The notes below the pieces were generated by a model. The model was not told the origin of the DNA. It worked only from the letters and a program-made list of their open reading frames with translations, and did no database searches. Positions 58,981 to 64,000 of a DNA stretch of 64,000 nt are shown in pieces. Position 1 is the stretch's first letter. Each line of letters begins with the position of its first letter. Location: the NCBI GenBank assembly GCA_030592645.1, contig JAUVIR010000004.1, forward strand, positions 1,036 to 65,035. Reading direction: 5' to 3'. Made by a program: the position numbers and the translations under genes. Source of the stretch: Candidatus Fermentibacterota bacterium (GTDB lineage: Bacteria > Fermentibacterota > Fermentibacteria > Fermentibacterales > JCC-6).

Positions 58981-59409
58981 CTAGACTTCCAGAACCTGTG
59001 GGTTCTGTGCCGCATGCGTATGTTCGTTTCCAGCAAATATTTTTAACTTCTTCAACTGTTTTCTAGCTATTCTGTTCTTAGGCATCATTCCCCGAACAGC
59101 CTTTCTCAGAATCCTGTCAGGATGCTTTTCCAGCATTACCTTCATACTTGTAGTCTTTCTTCCACCTGGATATCCAGTATGGCGTCCATACTCCTTCTGA
59201 TCGAGCTTTCTGCCAGTGAAATTCAATTTTTCAACGTTTATCACCACAACAAAATCCCCGGTATCGATATGAGGTGTGTATACCGGCTTGTTTTTGCCCT
59301 GAAGAATCATGGCTATCTTGGAAGCCAATCTTCCGGGAGAATAACCGGTAGCATCTATCTGCCACCATTTCTTCTCTATCTCTCCGGTTTTGGCCGTATA
59401 TGTCTTCAC
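58981..59409 (-). CDS. rplM: 50S ribosomal protein L13
   Basis: GKNKPVYTPHIDTGD, HTGYPGG, AVRGMMPK. Confidence 0.98.
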   Translation of the reverse strand: MKTYTAKTGEIEKKWWQIDATGYSPGRLASKIAMILQGKNKPVYTPHIDTGDFVVVINVEKLNFTGRKLDQKEYGRHTGYPGGRKTTSMKVMLEKHPDRILRKAVRGMMPKNRIARKQLKKLKIFAGNEHTHAAQNPQVLEV

Positions 59410-59633
59410 TTTACTGGACCTCCACTAAGAATCATACTTTATCATTCCAGCAATCCGTGAGATGGATATACATGGAACACAACTATTTACTAAGACAGCT
59501 CCATTAGAATCAAAAGCTGCACCAACCCTGTTTTCTTCGTAATCGACATTCTTAGCAACGCATCAGGAATCATCGACTGCGAGAATACTGAAGGGAACCG
59601 CTAAACTGTTAGAATTTACACAGAAAGTCAAGG

Positions 59634-60476
59634 TCAGAACCGATGCTCATCCTCCAGAATCGCGGTAACCTCATCCAGGAGCTCTCTTCTTCTTGCGGAA
59701 TTGTAAGTGACCGCAGCCCTTGAACCGCCGTAAATATTGCCCCCGTAGAAAGATAAGCCAAGCCATCCAAGCAGTACCGAGGTGGTTGTGTTACCCTCAT
59801 GCAGTGATTCTACGAATAGCCAGGCCAGTGCTCCATTTATACCTAATGCAATTATCCCATCGGTATAGTGACCGGAGATCATCTGACCTGAACCGGGGAG
59901 CACAGCACTGGAAATTCCGCACCATAACGGGCTGCGCCTGGAAAGGAATTGTCCTTCGGCTACCTTCCCGGCAAGGCTTGCAGTGAGATCGGAGAAGGGC
60001 CCTCCTGTTGATGACAGCATTCTGAGCTCCCCGGCGGAAGCCGCCCAGTTACCCATCCTGGCATTGATAAGACTCGCCATGATACCGGCTCTAGCCGCTG
60101 TTTCAGCGTCTTCTGACGTAGCCGCTGCATTCGCAAAAAGTTCTCTTGCGTAACCGAGATTTCCGGATTCTTCAAGTACCGACCCCGCGCCCATCATCGC
60201 TCCGGCTCTGAGATCGGCATCTGATAGATTTCTATGAAGAAATGTATAGAGAGAGAAAGCATCCTCCCCCCGTCCAAGCTCCTGCCAGCACCTGGCCAGG
60301 CGAAGAGATACCAGGGGACATGCCAGAGTATCTTCACCATACGAGTAGATTATCCTCAGGTATTCCTCGGAAGCCATACTGTATTCCCCGAGGCTGTAAA
60401 GGTAATCGGCAAAGCCCTCATCAGCATCATGACCGGGGAATACGGTCAGAAGGGCAGCAAGAATCGTCCCCAGCAT
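59634..60476 (-). CDS. TPR protein with C-terminal TM2-like membrane segment
   Basis: TPR helices then RSP..SAVLPGSGQ..G followed by hydrophobic helices. Confidence 0.7.
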   Translation of the reverse strand: MLGTILAALLTVFPGHDADEGFADYLYSLGEYSMASEEYLRIIYSYGEDTLACPLVSLRLARCWQELGRGEDAFSLYTFLHRNLSDADLRAGAMMGAGSVLEESGNLGYARELFANAAATSEDAETAARAGIMASLINARMGNWAASAGELRMLSSTGGPFSDLTASLAGKVAEGQFLSRRSPLWCGISSAVLPGSGQMISGHYTDGIIALGINGALAWLFVESLHEGNTTTSVLLGWLGLSFYGGNIYGGSRAAVTYNSARRRELLDEVTAILEDEHRF

Positions 60477-60802
60477 ATCACTTCCTCTCCAGAGTTCAAT
60501 GGATCTGCGAGTCTGTTTCCTTCGGTAATCCTGTAGTCACCATGGCCGAAAGCTGCAGAAGTGCACCGGGTCCACCGTTCAAGGGCTATCATGAGACCCA
60601 GCAAGGGTCCCCGCGATTGAACAGCCTCCTGGCTGTAATGGGAACAGCTTGGGTAATATACGCACCTTCTGGCGAGAAGATCTCTGAATAATCCTCTGTA
60701 CTGAATGAACAGAATATCGGAAATACTGTTTTCCCGAATAGCTGCATCCTGCGCAGCTGCAGGCAGTAGAACTGTCAAGAGGATAATTGATAGAAGTTTC
60801 AA
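60446..60802 (-). CDS. YidD-like (membrane protein insertion efficiency factor) domain protein with signal peptide
   Basis: CVYYPSCSHY...G...R..RC motif. Confidence 0.72.
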   Translation of the reverse strand: MKLLSIILLTVLLPAAAQDAAIRENSISDILFIQYRGLFRDLLARRCVYYPSCSHYSQEAVQSRGPLLGLMIALERWTRCTSAAFGHGDYRITEGNRLADPLNSGEEVICWGRFLLPF

Positions 60803-61308
60803 GAGAATCCCTTTCCGCAGACGTCAGCCAGATTATCCAGAGAACAGGCTTTCACGCCCCCGGCACTGAAAATAGAAAGTATGTCATCGTTCCAGTCAGC
60901 CGGAACGATCCATAGACTGTAACCTGCTCCTTGGGCAGCGGCCGACCTTCCCACGAGGGAAAAGGCTCTTTTTTCAGGCGGTATTCTTCTGGAAAATGAC
61001 TGTGGAGAGATTCCGATACCATCTCTGTAGAACGGGATCAGCATGGTAATTCCAGGCCAGGGCTTCAGTCTGAGTGACCGGCTGAAACCGTGTTCACGCA
61101 GAATATTCCATGTATAACCATAGATATTCCTGGACATCCGCTCCGAGAGTCTGGAATTCAACTGAAGATCGCACTCTCCGGAAACAAATGGTCCGGTATG
61201 CAGAACTTCAGCCATGCAGCCGGGGAGATGATCCGGAAGGTCTGTTTCCGTACCGGTTATTCTTCGACCAAGTTCAGTCCAGAAGAAATGATACCATCTG
61301 TTCTTCAA
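60799..61308 (-). CDS. Hypothetical protein
   Basis: 169-aa ORF with 4-nt overlaps to both neighbours; no family recognised. Confidence 0.65.
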   Translation of the reverse strand: MKNRWYHFFWTELGRRITGTETDLPDHLPGCMAEVLHTGPFVSGECDLQLNSRLSERMSRNIYGYTWNILREHGFSRSLRLKPWPGITMLIPFYRDGIGISPQSFSRRIPPEKRAFSLVGRSAAAQGAGYSLWIVPADWNDDILSIFSAGGVKACSLDNLADVCGKGFS

Positions 61309-61937
61309 TACGTCTGTTCCTCCGAATCCTGAAAAACCTTATTTATGACTCTACCGATAAGATCGTATTGAAAACCTCTCCTCTGCAGATACCCTTTTGC
61401 CCTTCGCAGGCCCGTCTGCGTTTCCAGGCGGCCGTACTTTTTTTTAACAGTATTCACGAGTGTTTGATACAGATCGTGTTCATCACGTTCTGCAAGCACA
61501 TCATCCATGATGCTCTCGGAGATGCCCTTCTTTTTCAGCTCTATTCTTATCCTGAAATTCCCCATAGGTGAATTACCCGAGTGACTGCGGGTGTAGATAG
61601 AAGCGTAACGTCTATCATCCACCAGACCGCATGCGCAAGCCCATTTAAGCATATCGTCAGCTACCTTTTCAAGATATTTTCTGCAGACAAGATAGGATCT
61701 GAGCTGAAGCGCTGTACGTTCAGAGAAAGAAAGGTACCTTTCTGTGTCACTGCGGGCAAAAGGCAGCTGTTCCCGATATGCTGCCTCTTCGATCTCATCG
61801 ATTTCAACGATCGAGCCGGCATGCAGGTCCAAGGCGTTTACACTCGCCGCCCGAAGCAGCCAGCAACCCTTACCGGTGATTACAAGCCGCCATCCTTTTC
61901 TGACATTGACGATCTCCTCGACGGAAAATTCAGCTAT
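61305..61937 (-). CDS. recX: Regulatory protein RecX
   Basis: Follows rec[31 protein letters not shown] start at 61937 proposed (track start 61832). Confidence 0.9.
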   Translation of the reverse strand: MAEFSVEEIVNVRKGWRLVITGKGCWLLRAASVNALDLHAGSIVEIDEIEEAAYREQLPFARSDTERYLSFSERTALQLRSYLVCRKYLEKVADDMLKWACACGLVDDRRYASIYTRSHSGNSPMGNFRIRIELKKKGISESIMDDVLAERDEHDLYQTLVNTVKKKYGRLETQTGLRRAKGYLQRRGFQYDLIGRVINKVFQDSEEQTY

Positions 61938-62983
61938 TCCTTCTCCTCCTGCTTCTTCTCGGAGTCGCTGCCGGACCCGGGTATTTCCAGTATTTTCCTG
62001 ATCTTCGTTTCCAGTTCTTCAGCAATCTCAGGATTATCCACAAGGAACTGCCTGCTCTTTTCCCGGCCCTGCCCCAGCTGAGTATCTCCCATGGAGTACC
62101 ATGTACCCCTGCGCGTAACCAGATCGTTATCCAGCCCGAGATCAATAAGCTCACCCTCCCTGGAAATACCAAAGCCGTGAAGTATGTCACACTCGATGTT
62201 TCTGAACGGAGGTGCAAGCTTGTTCTTAACTACTTTAATCCGTGTACGGCTGCCGATTATCTGATCGCCCTCTTTAATCGAAGCAATCCGCCGCACATCC
62301 AGCCGCACGCTGCTGTAGAACTTCAGGGCTCTTCCTCCGGTTGTAGTTTCGGGATTCCCGAACATAACCCCTATCTTCATACGTATCTGGTTGATGAATA
62401 CTACGGCACATTTAGATTGCGAAACAATGCCTGTGAGCTTCCGCAGAGCCTGCGACATCAAACGTGCCTGAAGGCCCATATGGCTGTCGCCCATTTCGCC
62501 CTCTATTTCAGCCCTTGGAACCAGGGCTGCTACCGAATCTATTACGATAACATCAATCGCATTGCTCCTGACAAGCATTTCCGTTATCTCAAGAGCCTGT
62601 TCTCCGTTGGATGGCTGGGATACAAGAAGAGCATCGATATCTACTCCAAGCTTCTCCGAATAGACCGGATCAAGCGCATGTTCTGCGTCAATAAAGGCAA
62701 CCTCTCCACCCAGTTTCTGGGCGCTGGCGATAATATGCAGCGCGAGTGTTGTCTTTCCTGATGCCTCCGCCCCGTATATCTCGGTAATCCTTCCCCTTGG
62801 AATGCCTCCTATGCCAAGAGCCGCGTCAAGCGCGATGGAACCGGTGGGTATGATCTCCACCATCATGTGAGTGTTTTCTCCAAGCCTCATGATTGCTCCC
62901 TGACCGAACTGTTTCTGAATCTGATGGAAGGCAGCCTTTAGCGCCTTTTCCTTTTCACCGGAACCGGTCTTCTTATCAGCCAT
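61934..62983 (-). CDS. recA: Recombinase A
   Basis: [42 protein letters not shown]. Confidence 0.99.
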   Translation of the reverse strand: MADKKTGSGEKEKALKAAFHQIQKQFGQGAIMRLGENTHMMVEIIPTGSIALDAALGIGGIPRGRITEIYGAEASGKTTLALHIIASAQKLGGEVAFIDAEHALDPVYSEKLGVDIDALLVSQPSNGEQALEITEMLVRSNAIDVIVIDSVAALVPRAEIEGEMGDSHMGLQARLMSQALRKLTGIVSQSKCAVVFINQIRMKIGVMFGNPETTTGGRALKFYSSVRLDVRRIASIKEGDQIIGSRTRIKVVKNKLAPPFRNIECDILHGFGISREGELIDLGLDNDLVTRRGTWYSMGDTQLGQGREKSRQFLVDNPEIAEELETKIRKILEIPGSGSDSEKKQEEKE

Positions 62984-63000
62984 TGAATCAACCTTTCAGC

Positions 63001-63525
63001 TTAGTGTAAATCGTATCTTTCAATAAACGTATACTCCGGACCACCGGAGGTCAATCTGCTGTTAATGACAGCCGCTTCTTTAAACACTCCCCTAATTTCA
63101 TCAGGCGGGTCAAGTTTCGGCATGGAAGTCGAATTCCTCCTCCTCGCAAATGTCAGATGCGGAACGAACCTCTGCATAACTTTCTTTCCCCTTTCATCGG
63201 GGATACTCCCAAGGGTGCTGGCTACTCTGGATATATCCTCAGGAAAACTCCCTCCAAGCCAGAACACCGATGGTGATTGTCTATTCCCGAAAGAGCCGAT
63301 ACTGTCAAGAGAGAATGCGAGGGGTCCCGGATGCCAGGATGATAGAATATCACATATCCTCTCAACTTCGGATTGGGGAATATCACCAAAGAATCGGAGT
63401 GTAAGATGCAGCCTGTCTCCCTGTATCCATTTCAGGGAAGGGTAAAGTGCTTTAAGTGGTTTCTGCCAGGCTGCAATCTCCCTTCTCACCTGCAGCGGCA
63501 GCTCCAGGGCGGCAAATATCCTCAC
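63001..63525 (-). CDS. thpR: RNA 2',3'-cyclic phosphodiesterase (2H family)
   Basis: MRIFAAL and two HxT motifs (HLTL, HLTF); located between cinA and recA. Confidence 0.9.
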   Translation of the reverse strand: MRIFAALELPLQVRREIAAWQKPLKALYPSLKWIQGDRLHLTLRFFGDIPQSEVERICDILSSWHPGPLAFSLDSIGSFGNRQSPSVFWLGGSFPEDISRVASTLGSIPDERGKKVMQRFVPHLTFARRRNSTSMPKLDPPDEIRGVFKEAAVINSRLTSGGPEYTFIERYDLH

Positions 63526-64000
63526 TTCACCTCTTTCACAAGAAGGCAGTATAAATTCTCAAGAAGATAGTCAGCCGCTTGCCTTCTGACCACATCCCTG
63601 TCTCCTGCAAACCTTTTCATTTCAGCGAAGATTGACTGGCTGCTACAGACAGCCATCCATACTGTACCCACGGGTTTCTCCAACGAACCGCCACCGGGAC
63701 CGGCTACTCCGGTGACTGAAATGGAGAAATCACTGCCGGTAATCTCTCTTATGCCTGTGGCCATGGCCAGAGCAGTTTCTCTGCTTACGGCGCCTTCCGA
63801 TTCAATTAGAGAAGAGGGAATATTAAGAACGGTCGTCTTTAGAATATTTGAATATGCTGTTACGGAACCCATAAACCATCCTGAGGATCCGGGTACAGAA
63901 GTCAGAAGCATTCCGACCATTCCGCCTGTACAGGATTCTGCCGCTGAGAGTGTTATCCCTGCTTTAAGCATAATGCTTCCTATACGCTTAACAAGCTCAA
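63522..64000 (-). CDS. cinA: CinA / NMN amidohydrolase (PncC domain), likely 5'-truncated by the window edge
   Basis: AESCTGG, PGSS, GAVS, TGVAGPGGG, KPVGTV. Confidence 0.88.
   Translation of the reverse strand, partial: ELVKRIGSIMLKAGITLSAAESCTGGMVGMLLTSVPGSSGWFMGSVTAYSNILKTTVLNIPSSLIESEGAVSRETALAMATGIREITGSDFSISVTGVAGPGGGSLEKPVGTVWMAVCSSQSIFAEMKRFAGDRDVVRRQAADYLLENLYCLLVKEVK

Noticed and set aside
59410..59633. Possible riboswitch or L13 leader in the long rplM upstream region
   Set aside because: Only weak hairpins and a TTGACT without a convincing -10 were seen; no motif I can support.

Overview
A gene-dense, mostly housekeeping segment of a diderm bacterium (it encodes Omp85-, Wzi- and LpoB-like proteins). 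The rplM-rpsI-rpsB-tsf gene order suggests an FCB-related lineage; Candidatus Fermentibacterota is my unverified guess. In order, the window holds an acyl-CoA carboxylase cluster, a REC-GAF-GGDEF cyclase, mazG/lpdA, hflX/carD/guaB, and a queA-tgt-rlmD-wzi operon headed by a histidine-kinase-like protein. Next come tRNA-Phe, an uncharacterised membrane-protein operon (DUF6754-like plus three partners, with a second DUF6754-like paralog nearby), split transketolase, transaldolase, pcrA and deoC. After those lie an envelope cluster (COG3014, LpoB-like, FGE-like, peptidase-Omp85), an adenylate cyclase-STAND-TPR gene and prolyl oligopeptidase followed by a 31-bp inverted repeat, the rplM..rseP translation/isoprenoid cluster, and cinA-thpR-recA-recX. 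The most notable signals are: (1) the putative 2+2 multi-subunit membrane complex; (2) three genes (DGC, tgt, recX) that appear to start at ATC, ATT and ATA; (3) a His-to-Tyr pseudo-histidine kinase and a pseudokinase-LytR_C receptor; (4) an unannotated 29-aa membrane peptide. No CRISPR array, rRNA, integrase or transposase was seen. Family assignments come from motif recognition by eye, not from database searches.
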